Made by a program: the position numbers and the translations under genes
In this document: positions 30,685 through 40,618 of the stretch, piece after piece
How positions within the stretch are numbered: position 1 is the first letter of the stretch
How the letters are laid out: the number at the start of each line of letters is the position of its first letter
Assembly: GCA_040219255.1 (NCBI GenBank)
Contig: JAVJSW010000018.1
Coordinates: 1-64,000 of the forward strand
Length of the DNA: 64,000 nucleotides
Source: Sumerlaeia bacterium
Lineage (GTDB): Bacteria; Sumerlaeota; Sumerlaeia; SLMS01; JAHLLQ01
Reading direction: 5' to 3'
The notes under the pieces: generated by a model
What the model was told of the DNA's origin: nothing
Databases searched by the model: none
What the model saw: the letters and a program-made list of their open reading frames with translations, nothing else

Positions 30685-32343
30685 GTGTCCGCACTGATTG
30701 AAGAACCGAAATCCAAGCCGAGTGCCGACGAGAAAGGCACTCCGGCTCCCCATTTCCCCGAGCATCCGCTCAAGCCCCAACGCAATTACGGGGCGTTTTT
30801 GAACACGCTCGGCTCGACGGACCACAAAGTCCTCGGCATCCTGTACCTGGTGTTCGCACTGGCGGCGGGTATTCTGGGCGGAGCGTTCGCCGGTGTGATC
30901 CGCGCCCAGTTGACCTCCAGCAATCTGGAGGTGGTGTCGCCGGAAGTGTACAACATGATGGTGACGATGCACGCCTCGGTGATGATCTTTTTCGTGATCA
31001 TCCCGGCGATGGCGGGCTTCGGCAATTACCTGGTGCCGCTGATGATCGGGGCGCGCGACATGGCGTTCCCCCGCATGAACGCGTTCAGCTTCTGGATCCT
31101 GATCCCGGCGGCGATCCTGGCGCTGGGCAGCTTCTTCGTGGAAGGCGGCGCCGCCCAGGCGGGCTGGACCGCCTATCCGCCCCTGTCGCTGAAAGAATAC
31201 AGCGGTGGCCCGGGCGTGGACATGTGGGTCCTGGCGGTTCACCTGGCGGGTATTTCCTCGATCACCGGCGCGATCAACTTCATCGTGACGATCTTCAACA
31301 TGCGCTGCCCCGGCATGAGCCTGATGAAGATGCCGCTGTTCGTCTGGACCTGGCTGGTCAACGCCTGGATGATCCTGGTGGGCACGCCGGTTCTGGCGGG
31401 CGCGGTGACGATGATTCTGACGGACCGCGCGTTCGGCACGAATTTCTTCAAGCCCGCTTCCGGTGGCGATCCGGTGCTCTATCAGCACCTGTTCTGGTTC
31501 TACTCACACCCGGCGGTGTACATCATGGTGCTGCCCGGCTTCGGCATTATCAGCCACGTGCTCGCGTCCTTTTCGCGCAAACGCATCTTCGGTTACGTGG
31601 GCATGGTGTGGGCCATCGCGCTGATCGGCGTGATCGGGTTCCTGGTGTGGGGCCACCATATGTTCAGCGCCGGCATTTCGCCGAGCCTGCGCCTCTACTT
31701 CTCGTTCATGACGATGCTGATCGCGTTGCCCACGGGCATCAAGATTTTCTCCTGGCTGGCGACCATGTGGGGCGGCACGATCCGCTTCACGGCGGCCATG
31801 AAGTTCGCCTTCGGCTTCGTGTCCCTGTTCACCATCGGTGGATTCGGCGGCCTCTACCTGGCCAACGTGCCGTTCGACATTCAGGTTCACGACTCCTACT
31901 TCGTGGTCGGTCACTTCCACTACGTGCTGGTGGGCGGGTCGATCATGGCGATGTTCGCGGGCGCTTACTTCTTCTTTCCGAAGATGGCGGGCCGTTTCCT
32001 GGACGAGAAGCTCGGTAACCTGGTCTTCTGGCTCTGGTTCATTGGCGTGAACGTGACGTTCCTGCCGATGCACCTGCTGGGAGTGATGGGCATGGCGCGG
32101 CGCATTTGGCAGTACCGCCCCGAATTCGAGGCACTGAACGCCGTCGTGTCCCTGGGCTATGTCTTCATGGCGGCGGCGGGGGTGATCTTCGTGTACTCGA
32201 TCGTGAAGGCCCTGCGCCAGCCGCGGATCGATCCCTCGATCCAGGATCCATGGCACATCAACGACGTGCAGCAAACCTTGATTTGGGCCGTTCCAAGCCC
32301 TCCGCCCGCCTACAACTTCGACAAGATTCCTGTCATCAAGTAG
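30685..32343 (+). CDS. coxA: Cytochrome c oxidase subunit I, A2-type heme-copper oxidase
   Basis: Motifs STDHK, TMHASVMIF, GWTAYPPL, FWFYSHPAVY (YS motif marks A2), WGHHM, PTGIK and HDSYFVVGHFHY. Confidence 0.97.
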   Translation: MSALIEEPKSKPSADEKGTPAPHFPEHPLKPQRNYGAFLNTLGSTDHKVLGILYLVFALAAGILGGAFAGVIRAQLTSSNLEVVSPEVYNMMVTMHASVMIFFVIIPAMAGFGNYLVPLMIGARDMAFPRMNAFSFWILIPAAILALGSFFVEGGAAQAGWTAYPPLSLKEYSGGPGVDMWVLAVHLAGISSITGAINFIVTIFNMRCPGMSLMKMPLFVWTWLVNAWMILVGTPVLAGAVTMILTDRAFGTNFFKPASGGDPVLYQHLFWFYSHPAVYIMVLPGFGIISHVLASFSRKRIFGYVGMVWAIALIGVIGFLVWGHHMFSAGISPSLRLYFSFMTMLIALPTGIKIFSWLATMWGGTIRFTAAMKFAFGFVSLFTIGGFGGLYLANVPFDIQVHDSYFVVGHFHYVLVGGSIMAMFAGAYFFFPKMAGRFLDEKLGNLVFWLWFIGVNVTFLPMHLLGVMGMARRIWQYRPEFEALNAVVSLGYVFMAAAGVIFVYSIVKALRQPRIDPSIQDPWHINDVQQTLIWAVPSPPPAYNFDKIPVIK

Positions 32344-32445
32344 GCCGGAGCACACCCCCCGACGGAAGGTCGTATCGTGGCCGATTCCAGTGCCAACAAG
32401 AGCGATTCTGTGCGGGAGACCTCCCTGGCCGGGGAGGTCTCCGCC

Positions 32446-33633
32446 ATGTCAGAGAACCCATCGGCGCAGTCTGTGGACAGCCCCGGTCCGAAACCCTGGA
32501 ATCGCCGGGAGCTGGCGGCGCTGATTCTTCTGCGCGGCCTGATCGTGTGGGTGTTCCTGCTGATGTGCGCCGGGGGACTGGTGCGCCTCACCGGTTCGGG
32601 CATGTCCATTCCTGACTGGCCAATCATCACTTATGGCCCCGAACACCATTCGATCCTTCCCCCCTTCACCGATACCGGTTGGCAAACCGCCTACGACACT
32701 TATCACCGGGAAGTGATCCACAAGAAAAACCCGGGCGTGTTCCTGACGATGGAGCGCTTTCAGCGCGAGTTCTGGACCGAGTACGCGCACCGTGCCCTCG
32801 CCAAGACCTTCGCTTTGGGATACCTTGTGCTGCTGAGCCTGACATTCACGAGCCGGCGCCTGACCCGAATGATGGGGTCGTTCCTTCTCGCGTCGGGACT
32901 GGTGCTGGTGGCGCAGGCGATCCTGGGTGGGCTGGTCGTACTGAGCCACACGCAGCCGCTGAAGGTGGCGATTCATCTGACGACGGCCTTTCTTTTTTCC
33001 GCGTTGCTTCTGTGGGCGACGCTGCGGACGACGCGAATGTTTCCCGCCAAGGTTTCCAAGCCCCCTCGGGTGGCTTTCTGGGCCTATGTGGCGGTCGCGA
33101 TCACGCTGGCTCAGGTGTTCAGCGGCGGCCTGATGGCCAAAGCGCGGGCCTACGAAGTGGCGCCGACCTGGCCAAAGATGTTCGATACCTGGATGCCGGT
33201 GCACGCGATGTGGACGGAAGGGTATTCGCACCCGCTTCTGAACCTGGTGCAGAACGAGGTGCTGATCAATTTCACCCATCGCTGGTTGTCGTTCGTGGTG
33301 GTGTTTCTGGTGATCGCGCTGATCGCGAGGACGATGACGATGCCGTATTCGCGGTTGGGACGGATTTCGCTGCGGGCTCTGGGGACGGTGCTGACGCTGC
33401 AAATGGTTCTCGGGGTCATGGCGCTCATCAATCTGGTGCCGCTGCCTCTCGGTCTGCTGCACTTGGCGACGGGCCTGATGCTGTTCTGGCTTCTCGTAAC
33501 CCTGGCGTTCGAATTGCGCCACAGTCCCGCCATCGCCGCGCACGAGGCCAACCGCTTCGCCGCGCGGGCCAAACACTCCGCCACAGCGGAGGCGACGAAC
33601 TTGGAGAGAACTTTTGAAGCCCACCCCGCGTGA
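32446..33633 (+). CDS. ctaA: Heme A synthase, COX15/type-2-like
   Basis: Motifs GGLVRLTGSGMSIPDWP, FWTEYAHR, AIHL, NFTHR and LLHL. An alternative GTG start lies at 32377. Confidence 0.9.
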   Translation: MSENPSAQSVDSPGPKPWNRRELAALILLRGLIVWVFLLMCAGGLVRLTGSGMSIPDWPIITYGPEHHSILPPFTDTGWQTAYDTYHREVIHKKNPGVFLTMERFQREFWTEYAHRALAKTFALGYLVLLSLTFTSRRLTRMMGSFLLASGLVLVAQAILGGLVVLSHTQPLKVAIHLTTAFLFSALLLWATLRTTRMFPAKVSKPPRVAFWAYVAVAITLAQVFSGGLMAKARAYEVAPTWPKMFDTWMPVHAMWTEGYSHPLLNLVQNEVLINFTHRWLSFVVVFLVIALIARTMTMPYSRLGRISLRALGTVLTLQMVLGVMALINLVPLPLGLLHLATGLMLFWLLVTLAFELRHSPAIAAHEANRFAARAKHSATAEATNLERTFEAHPA

Positions 33634-34498
33634 TTTTCTGCAACTGACCAAGCCCACCATCATGCTGCTGGTGCTGCTGACGGGCGCTTCCGCGCTGATG
33701 GTCGAGGGATCGATGATGTCCGATCCGCTCGGCTTTCTGCTGGTGCTCCTCGGCCTGTTCGCAACGGGCGGCTGCGCCAACGCCCTGAACCAGTATTTCG
33801 AGCGCGACATCGACGCGCAAATGGAGCGCACGGCGAAGAAGCGTCCTCTGCCAAGCGGACGAATCTCTCCGGGAGCCGCGCTCGTGTTCACGATTTGCCT
33901 CGGCATTTTCGGAGTGGTGCTGTTCGCGGTGGCCTTCAATTGGGCCAGCGCGGCGCTGGCGCTGGCAACGGTTCTGTTCTACGGGTTTTTCTACACGCTG
34001 TACCTCAAGCCCAGGACGCACTTCAACATTGTGATCGGCGGAGCCGCTGGCGCCATGGCGCCTCCCATCGCCTGGGCCGCGGCCACCGGTTCGGTGGCCG
34101 CGGTGGCGCCCTGGGTGATGTTCGCGATTATCTTCTTCTGGACGCCGCCCCACTTCTGGGCGCTGGCCTACTGCCTGCGCGATCAGTACAAAAAGGTCGA
34201 TTACCCGATGCTGCCGGTGGTCAAAGGCGGTCCCGAAACGCTGCGCCAGATCGTGATGTACACGGTGCTTCTGATCGCGATCACGCTCCTGATGCCGCTA
34301 AGCCAGGTCGGCGTGATCTACATCGCTTTGGCCGTGGTGCTGGGCGCGGTCTTCCTCATGCTGGCGCTCAAGGTCCGCTCGACTGGCGAAATCCGCGACT
34401 CCTGGGGTCTTTTCGGTTACTCGATCGTTTACCTGCTGGTGCTGTTCACCGGGATCATGGTGGACGCGGCGCTGACTTACCAGCCCTGGAAGGGCTAA
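33614..34498 (+). CDS. ctaB: Protoheme IX farnesyltransferase (heme O synthase)
   Basis: Motifs LTKP, NQYFERDIDAQMERTAKKRPLP, YTLYLK, NIVIGGAAGA and WTPPHFWAL. Confidence 0.96.
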   Translation: MKPTPRDFLQLTKPTIMLLVLLTGASALMVEGSMMSDPLGFLLVLLGLFATGGCANALNQYFERDIDAQMERTAKKRPLPSGRISPGAALVFTICLGIFGVVLFAVAFNWASAALALATVLFYGFFYTLYLKPRTHFNIVIGGAAGAMAPPIAWAAATGSVAAVAPWVMFAIIFFWTPPHFWALAYCLRDQYKKVDYPMLPVVKGGPETLRQIVMYTVLLIAITLLMPLSQVGVIYIALAVVLGAVFLMLALKVRSTGEIRDSWGLFGYSIVYLLVLFTGIMVDAALTYQPWKG

Positions 34499-34534
34499 CC
34501 CTCGTTCGACGTTTGTCTTGGGAAGGAGGCCGCC

Positions 34535-35194
34535 ATGTCGGCCATACACGATGAATTCCGCGAGAGCGCTCCGGAACCGGACCCCTTCGAGCCGGAGGAG
34601 AAGTCCCCTTCGGAAACGAACAAGCCGTTCCTGATCCTGCTGGTCGTCATCGGCATCGGGATGTTCGGGTTCGCGTTCGCCAATGTACCGTTGTTCCAGA
34701 TGGTTTGCGGGGCCCTGGGTTTTGGCTTGAACCCGAACAACGAATCGGTGGCGGCGGGAACGGGCGTCAGCGAACGGACCACGGAAGTCCTCTTCATGGG
34801 CAATGTGGCCGATAAACTGCCGATCGCTTTCAAACCGCTCGACAGCCTGAAAACGGTGCGCCTGGGCGAGGAAGCCCTGGTCGACTATCAGTTCATCAAC
34901 CTGAGCGACGAACCGGTTTACTTCAAGGCGGTGCATACGATCCGCCCGACCAAGGCGGACCCGCACATCGGCCTGAGCCAATGCTTCTGCTTCGACCACC
35001 AGATGCTCCAACCCAAGCAGGTGGCCAACCTGCCGGTGGTTTTCCGCATCAGCCCGGAACTGGGCGAGGACGTCCACAACCTGACGTTCAACTACACCCT
35101 CTTCAAGCTCGATCCCTCGGAGTACAACCCGCAGGGCGACGTGAAGAAGCAGGGTTACCTGAACGATGAGACGAACGAAGGCGGAACGCCATGA
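34535..35194 (+). CDS. ctaG: Cytochrome c oxidase CuB assembly protein, Cox11-type
   Basis: TM segment FAFANVPLFQMVC and the Cu-binding motif QCFCF..Q.L, plus PVVFRI and YTLF. Confidence 0.92.
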   Translation: MSAIHDEFRESAPEPDPFEPEEKSPSETNKPFLILLVVIGIGMFGFAFANVPLFQMVCGALGFGLNPNNESVAAGTGVSERTTEVLFMGNVADKLPIAFKPLDSLKTVRLGEEALVDYQFINLSDEPVYFKAVHTIRPTKADPHIGLSQCFCFDHQMLQPKQVANLPVVFRISPELGEDVHNLTFNYTLFKLDPSEYNPQGDVKKQGYLNDETNEGGTP

Positions 35195-35415
35195 GCGCGG
35201 ATGGAAAACCTGCGTTGACGGATCCCCGGCAGGGGGAAATCCGCGAGGAACCGATGGGCGAGGAACGCGAGCGGGCGCTGCTCGACGAGCAGAAGCAGCG
35301 AAATCGCAAGGCGCTGATGATCCTGGTTGCGCTGATTTTGATCCTTGGCTTGCCTGTCGGCCTCTGGCTGATGAACCATTTTTACAATCCCTACATCGCC
35401 GCCGGAGCGCATTGA
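35191..35415 (+). CDS. Small single-TM protein in the cox operon (possible accessory or assembly subunit)
   Basis: ATGA overlap with ctaG. QKQRNRKAL is followed by a hydrophobic helix. Confidence 0.7.
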   Translation: MSADGKPALTDPRQGEIREEPMGEERERALLDEQKQRNRKALMILVALILILGLPVGLWLMNHFYNPYIAAGAH

Positions 35416-35468
35416 TCCGAGATTCGCGCGGCTGATACGACCCGAAGGAAGAGCGACACGCCCCGACC

Positions 35469-36362
35469 ATGAGCACGACCCACGCAGCTACCGAGCAAGA
35501 GTTGCCCCCGAACGCGATGGAGGCCGAGGAGAGCCACAGTCACGGGGATCATGACGACCACCCGCCGGAGTCCTTCAATCCGCTGCCGAGCTTCTGGCCG
35601 GCCGCTTTGTCCGCCACGCTGACGTTCCTGCCGGTCGGCGCCCTGGTGCTGCTCTGGGGCGGCCCCGAGCGCACCTGGCTCGGCATGCTGCTGGTTGGCC
35701 TGGGTGTTCTGTCTTCCCTCGTGCCGACCTTCGGTTGGTTCAACAGCGTCATCATCGACAAGACGGAAGGCCACTTTGGCCCGGAAGCGCAGGGCTACGA
35801 CCTGACCATGGGCGTGCTGCTGTTTTTCCTGTCCGAGTTGGCCGTCTTCGGCGCCCTTTTCGCCTACTTCTTCGTGCGCCTTTTCGGGCCCCACGACTTC
35901 GGCTCCGGCGTCATCGAGATGGGGCTGATGCTGCCGGCCCTCGGTACCGGTATTCTGATGATCAGTTCGATCACCTGCGAACTAGCGCACAAAGCGCTCA
36001 AAGCCGGCCGCCGTAGCCTTTGCAAGAACTGGCTGCTGCTGACCATGGCGCTCGGCACGCTGTTCCTCGGCGTCCAGGGTTTCGAGTACGGCTATCTGAT
36101 CCACCACTACGGATTCACCCTGACCTTCAGCTCGTTCTCGACCATCTTCTACGTGCTCACCGGGTTCCACGCGCTCCACGTGATGACGGGTCTCATCATG
36201 CTGATCCTGGTCTACGGCCGCACCGAAATGGGCCACTATACCAAGAAGCGCCATGTGTCTTTCAACGCGGCTTCCTGGTACTGGCACTTCGTGGACGTGA
36301 TCTGGGTCTTCCTGTTCTTGTCGGTCTACATCGTGGGCATCGAACTGGCCACGCACCACTAA
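35469..36362 (+). CDS. coxC: Cytochrome c oxidase subunit III
   Basis: Motifs SFWP, FFLSELAVFGALF, ILMISS, QGFEY, TGFHALHV and YWHFVDVIW. Confidence 0.95.
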   Translation: MSTTHAATEQELPPNAMEAEESHSHGDHDDHPPESFNPLPSFWPAALSATLTFLPVGALVLLWGGPERTWLGMLLVGLGVLSSLVPTFGWFNSVIIDKTEGHFGPEAQGYDLTMGVLLFFLSELAVFGALFAYFFVRLFGPHDFGSGVIEMGLMLPALGTGILMISSITCELAHKALKAGRRSLCKNWLLLTMALGTLFLGVQGFEYGYLIHHYGFTLTFSSFSTIFYVLTGFHALHVMTGLIMLILVYGRTEMGHYTKKRHVSFNAASWYWHFVDVIWVFLFLSVYIVGIELATHH

Positions 36363-36387
36363 ATCCCAAGAGTTTCCATGAAGAGTG

Positions 36388-36423
36388 GGTGGCGGCTCCG
36401 GGCGAGCCGCCCCTTTTCTTTTT
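36388..36423 (+). terminator. Intrinsic terminator ending the act/cox cluster
   Basis: Stem GGCGGCTC / GAGCCGCC followed by CCTTTTCTTTTT. Confidence 0.75.
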
Positions 36424-36532
36424 ACCCCCCCGGTGAGGAAGCCGCACGGACCTTGCTATCAACCGGTTGATCCCATTGAGTGCCAGGGTGGCCCCGCGCC
36501 GCCCGCCATCCGACGCTGTCAGGAGTTTGCCG

Positions 36533-37225
36533 ATGAAAGATCCGACCTTTGAGGATGCGCGCCCGCGCCCGCCACAAGACGACGAAACCGCCAACCCGCT
36601 TCGGTCCAAGGCCTCCCGGCGCTCGTTCCTGAAGGGAATGGGCTTGGCCACGGGGGCGGCGTTCCTCGGCGGAAACGCGGCGGCGGACGATTCGGGCCCC
36701 GCCAAGCCCAAGCCGCGCGAAATCCCCGGCCTGAAGCAATTCGCCAAAGGCAAGACCCACCGTGTCACGCTGACGCTCAATGGACAAACCCGCACCCTGG
36801 AAGTCGAGCCCCGGACCACGCTGCTGGACGCCGTGCGTGAGAACGCGGGGCTGACGGGCTGCAAGCAGGTCTGCGACCGTGGCGCTTGCGGGGCCTGCAC
36901 GATGCGGGTCGGCGGCGAAACCGTTTCCGCTTGCCTGACTCTGGCCATCGACTGCGAAGGCGAGCGGGTGACCACCATCGAAGGCATCGCCGCCGATCCG
37001 AAGTACAAGGCGCTGATCGATAACTTCTGCGAGCACGATGCGGCGCAATGCGGCTACTGCATTCCCGGGATCGTGGTGCGCAGCGCGGCGATGTTGGACG
37101 AGAAGCCCACCATGACGCGCGAGGAAATCCAGCAGGGCCTCGCTGGCAATATCTGCCGCTGCGGGACTTATGTGAAAATCTTCGACGCTCTGGAAGCCAC
37201 CGCCGGCAAGGGAGGTGTTGCATGA
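36533..37225 (+). CDS. Xanthine-dehydrogenase-family [2Fe-2S] subunit with Tat signal (PaoA/YagT-like)
   Basis: Tat motif SRRSFLK, GCKQVCDRGACGAC..C and QCGYC..CRC. Confidence 0.92.
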   Translation: MKDPTFEDARPRPPQDDETANPLRSKASRRSFLKGMGLATGAAFLGGNAAADDSGPAKPKPREIPGLKQFAKGKTHRVTLTLNGQTRTLEVEPRTTLLDAVRENAGLTGCKQVCDRGACGACTMRVGGETVSACLTLAIDCEGERVTTIEGIAADPKYKALIDNFCEHDAAQCGYCIPGIVVRSAAMLDEKPTMTREEIQQGLAGNICRCGTYVKIFDALEATAGKGGVA

Positions 37226-39306
37226 GCCCGATGACGAAAAAGCCGGACAACAACGTGGCCCTGGAAAACGACAAGGCCCGCGTCGGCATCATCGAGAAAG
37301 TCGCCGGCCGAGGCAAGTACACCACCGACATCCCCATGGCGAACGCGGTGTTCGCCATGCACATCCGCTTCCCCTTTGGCGCGGGCGAGGTCACGAGCAA
37401 AAACCTCGACGCCGCCCGCAAAGTCCCCGGTGTTCTGAAGGTTCACTGGGAGAAGGACGACGCGCGCTATGCGGGCCAGATTCTTGGCCACGTCGTTGGT
37501 GAAAGCCAGGTGGCGTGCGAAGACTCCATCGAGGCCCTGGCGATGAAGTACAAGCTGGGCGAGGTCCGTGCCGACGAACAGGCACTGGCGCGCGAGCATG
37601 GCTTCAATAAGAAGGAGGAGGACAAGACCCTGAAGGGTATCTTCGCCAAGGCCGGTGCCGTGGTGGAAAGCGAGTACGGCACCCAGGTGCAGATGCACTG
37701 TTCGCTGGAGCCGCACTGCGCGCTGACTGAACTGAAAGATGGCAAGGCGGAGATCTGGGCCAGCGCCCAAGGCGTGATTTCCTATCGCGGCGGAGCGGCC
37801 AAGGTCCTCGACATGAAGGAAAGCGACGTCACGGTGCGATCCGAATACGTGGGCGGGGGGTTTGGCTCGAAGGGCGGTCCGAACGCGGAAATTCGCCTGG
37901 CGTGTTCCGTGGCCAAGGACATGGGCCGGCCCTGCCGCGTGATCTACGACCGGCGCGAGGAGCAGCTCGATACCGGAAACCGCCCCGGCAGCGCCCAGTA
38001 CTACAAGATCGCCGTGGAGAAGAACGGGAAAATCCTCGGCGGGCGCATTCATTCGCTGGGCCTGGATGGTTACCTGACTGGCCGGGGCGGGGTTCGCACG
38101 CCGAGTTACTACGATTTCGGCGAGGCAGACGCCACCCACGAAGACGTGGCCATGACGGCGGGCCTGCCCCGGCCGTTCCGCGCGCCGGGCTATCCGCAAG
38201 CCAGCTTCGCCATCGAAGGCGTGATGGACGAACTGGCGGCGAAGCTCGGCATGGACCCGCTGGAATTCCGCAAGATCAATGAAACCAGCGATCGCCGTAA
38301 ACGCCAGTACGACACCGGCGCCGAACTGATCGGCTGGGGCAAACGCCAGCCCGATGGCTCGGCCAAGGGGCGCCACCGCACCGGCTATGGCGTGGGGGCT
38401 TCCACTTGGTTCATCTGGCCCACGCAGGCCGGGGCCATTTGCGAAATCCATCGCGATGGTCACGTGGTCATCAAGTCCGGCACCCAGGACATCGGCACCG
38501 GCACCATCACCGTGGTGGCCGACACGGCGGCGAACGAGCTGGGCATCCCGCGCGAGAAGATCATTCCGAAAATCGGAAACAGCGACTTCCCCGAAGCCCC
38601 CACCAGCGGTGGCTCGCAAACCGCCCGCAGCGTGGTGCCGGCGGTGCAGGACGCCTGCCGCAAGGCCCTCGCCCGGCTCGTCGAACTGGCCGCCGAGGAA
38701 TTCGGCGATGAACGGGCGCTCTATCAGGGGGACTCGACCTTCCAGAAGATGAAGTCGCCGGAGCGGATGAGCTGGGATGAGGTTTGTGCCCTGATGACCA
38801 GCGAATCCATCAGCGAGCAGGGCCGCTGCGAACGGCGCATCTATGGCCAGGGCGACAGCGACGGGGTTCAGTTCGCCAAGGTGACCGTCGATACGGACAC
38901 CGGCATCGTGACCGTGGACAAGGTGGTCGCCGTGCAGGCGGCCGGGCTCTACATCAACCGGCTGACCGCGGAGAACCAGGTCTATGGCGGCGTGATCCAG
39001 GGCTTGAGCTACGCGCTCTTCGAAGAGCGAGCCCTGGATCCGGTGACGGGGGCGCTGCTGAACGACAACATGGACCAGTACAAAATCGCCGGCAGCGCCG
39101 ATGTGCCGGAAATCGTCGCGGTGCTCGACGCCACATCCGAGGATACGGGCGTGCGCGGCCTGGGCGAACCGACCACCATCCCGACCTGCGCCGCCATCGG
39201 CAACGCCGTGGCCAACGCCATCGGCGCCCGCGTCTATCGCCTGCCCCTGACCCCCGACCGCGTCCTGGACGCAATGGAACGCGCCCCGAAAGGAGCCCGC
39301 GCATGA
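37222..39306 (+). CDS. Xanthine-dehydrogenase-family molybdopterin subunit (PaoC/YagR-like)
   Basis: Motifs QMHCSLEPH, VGGGFGSKG, PFRAPG, QDIGTG, SGGSQT and GLGEP. ATGA overlap. Confidence 0.93.
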   Translation: MSPMTKKPDNNVALENDKARVGIIEKVAGRGKYTTDIPMANAVFAMHIRFPFGAGEVTSKNLDAARKVPGVLKVHWEKDDARYAGQILGHVVGESQVACEDSIEALAMKYKLGEVRADEQALAREHGFNKKEEDKTLKGIFAKAGAVVESEYGTQVQMHCSLEPHCALTELKDGKAEIWASAQGVISYRGGAAKVLDMKESDVTVRSEYVGGGFGSKGGPNAEIRLACSVAKDMGRPCRVIYDRREEQLDTGNRPGSAQYYKIAVEKNGKILGGRIHSLGLDGYLTGRGGVRTPSYYDFGEADATHEDVAMTAGLPRPFRAPGYPQASFAIEGVMDELAAKLGMDPLEFRKINETSDRRKRQYDTGAELIGWGKRQPDGSAKGRHRTGYGVGASTWFIWPTQAGAICEIHRDGHVVIKSGTQDIGTGTITVVADTAANELGIPREKIIPKIGNSDFPEAPTSGGSQTARSVVPAVQDACRKALARLVELAAEEFGDERALYQGDSTFQKMKSPERMSWDEVCALMTSESISEQGRCERRIYGQGDSDGVQFAKVTVDTDTGIVTVDKVVAVQAAGLYINRLTAENQVYGGVIQGLSYALFEERALDPVTGALLNDNMDQYKIAGSADVPEIVAVLDATSEDTGVRGLGEPTTIPTCAAIGNAVANAIGARVYRLPLTPDRVLDAMERAPKGARA

Positions 39307-40289
39307 AGACCTTCGATTACGCGAAAGCGGAAAACCTGAGCGGCTACGACGCCGCCGCCAAGATGGGCTACGCGCCGAAAGCGGGCGGCGTCGATCTGCT
39401 GGATTTGCTGAAGTTACGCATTCCCGGCACACCGAACAAGCTGGTCGATGTGCGGGCCCTGGACGGCATGAAAGCCATCCGCCGCGAGGACGACGGCGCT
39501 CTGTGGATCGGGGCCGCCGCCACGCTGAAGCAGATCGGCGACAGCGCGCTTCTGAAGGAAAACCTGCCGGCCCTGGCCCACGCCGCCGGCGAGGCCGCCA
39601 CGCCCCAGGTGCGCGCCGCCGCCACCGCCGCGGGCAATGTGCTCCAGCGCCCGCGCGACTGGTACTGGCGCAATCCGGAATTCCACGACCTGCCCGAAGG
39701 CGCCCAGATGCCGCTTGGCGAGTTGGTGGCCAAGGGCGACGACCGCTATGCCGCCATCTTCGGCAACACGTCCAATCGGACCGTCTGCGGCAGCAACATC
39801 GCGCCGGTCCTGGCCGCCGCCCGAGCCAAGGCCATCGTCCACACACCCGGTGCGGACGAACCCCGGGCCGTGCCAATGAGCGAATTTTTCGCCCTGCCAG
39901 AGGAGCATGGCGCCCCCATCACGACCCTGAAACCGGGCGAGTTGGTGCTGGCGTTTCGCATCCCCAAGGCCCCCAAGGCCAGCGGCTTTGTGGAAGTCCG
40001 GCACAAGAAGTCCTACGACTGGGCCTTGGCAATGGCCGCCGCCGTGCAGCACGCGGATGGGACCTGGGAGGTTTCATTGGGCGCCGTGGCTCCGGTGCCA
40101 TGGAATGCCAGCGGGGCCGCAAAAGTCTTGTCCGAGGCCTCTACCATTGATAGGACTGTGGCCATGGAAGCCGCCGAGGCCTCCGTGGCCGGCGCCAACC
40201 CCAGCGACAAAAACCGCTATCGCGTCCACCTGACCAAAGTCGCCGTGCGCGACGCCATCTTGACCGCCGCCGGATTGGAGATTGCCTGA
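39303..40289 (+). CDS. Xanthine-dehydrogenase-family FAD subunit (PaoB/YagS-like)
   Basis: Motifs KAGGVDLLDLLK, IGAAATL, ATPQVRAAATAAGNVLQRPR and LGAVAPVPW. ATGA overlap. Confidence 0.92.
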   Translation: MKTFDYAKAENLSGYDAAAKMGYAPKAGGVDLLDLLKLRIPGTPNKLVDVRALDGMKAIRREDDGALWIGAAATLKQIGDSALLKENLPALAHAAGEAATPQVRAAATAAGNVLQRPRDWYWRNPEFHDLPEGAQMPLGELVAKGDDRYAAIFGNTSNRTVCGSNIAPVLAAARAKAIVHTPGADEPRAVPMSEFFALPEEHGAPITTLKPGELVLAFRIPKAPKASGFVEVRHKKSYDWALAMAAAVQHADGTWEVSLGAVAPVPWNASGAAKVLSEASTIDRTVAMEAAEASVAGANPSDKNRYRVHLTKVAVRDAILTAAGLEIA

Positions 40290-40618
40290 TGGATCCGTTT
40301 GAAAAAGAAGAATTCCGCAAATCCCCCACCGTCAAGATCCCCGCCCCCGGCAACATCCGCATCCACCCCGAGGACCCGGAGTACCATCCGGGCAGCCCGG
40401 CGGAAACGCCCACGTCCTGCTGCGTTCATTTGCGTTGCAAATCCATGTACTACCGCGCCGACGAACGCCCCGGCCTGCTGCACAAGGAAGAGCAGATGGG
40501 CTACTGGTGCGACAAAACGGTCGATGACCTCGGCCCCGACGAAGGCCTCGCCACCCACCGCGGCTGCCAGCCGGGGCGCGGGTGCTATGAGAAGGGGCCG
40601 GGAGGACAGCGGGGCTAG
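40289..40618 (+). CDS. Small Cys-rich hypothetical protein coupled to the XDH operon
   Basis: TGATG overlap. Six Cys in CCVHLRCKSMYY..YWC..GPD..GCQPGRGCYE. Host-like codon use. Confidence 0.75.
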   Translation: MDPFEKEEFRKSPTVKIPAPGNIRIHPEDPEYHPGSPAETPTSCCVHLRCKSMYYRADERPGLLHKEEQMGYWCDKTVDDLGPDEGLATHRGCQPGRGCYEKGPGGQRG

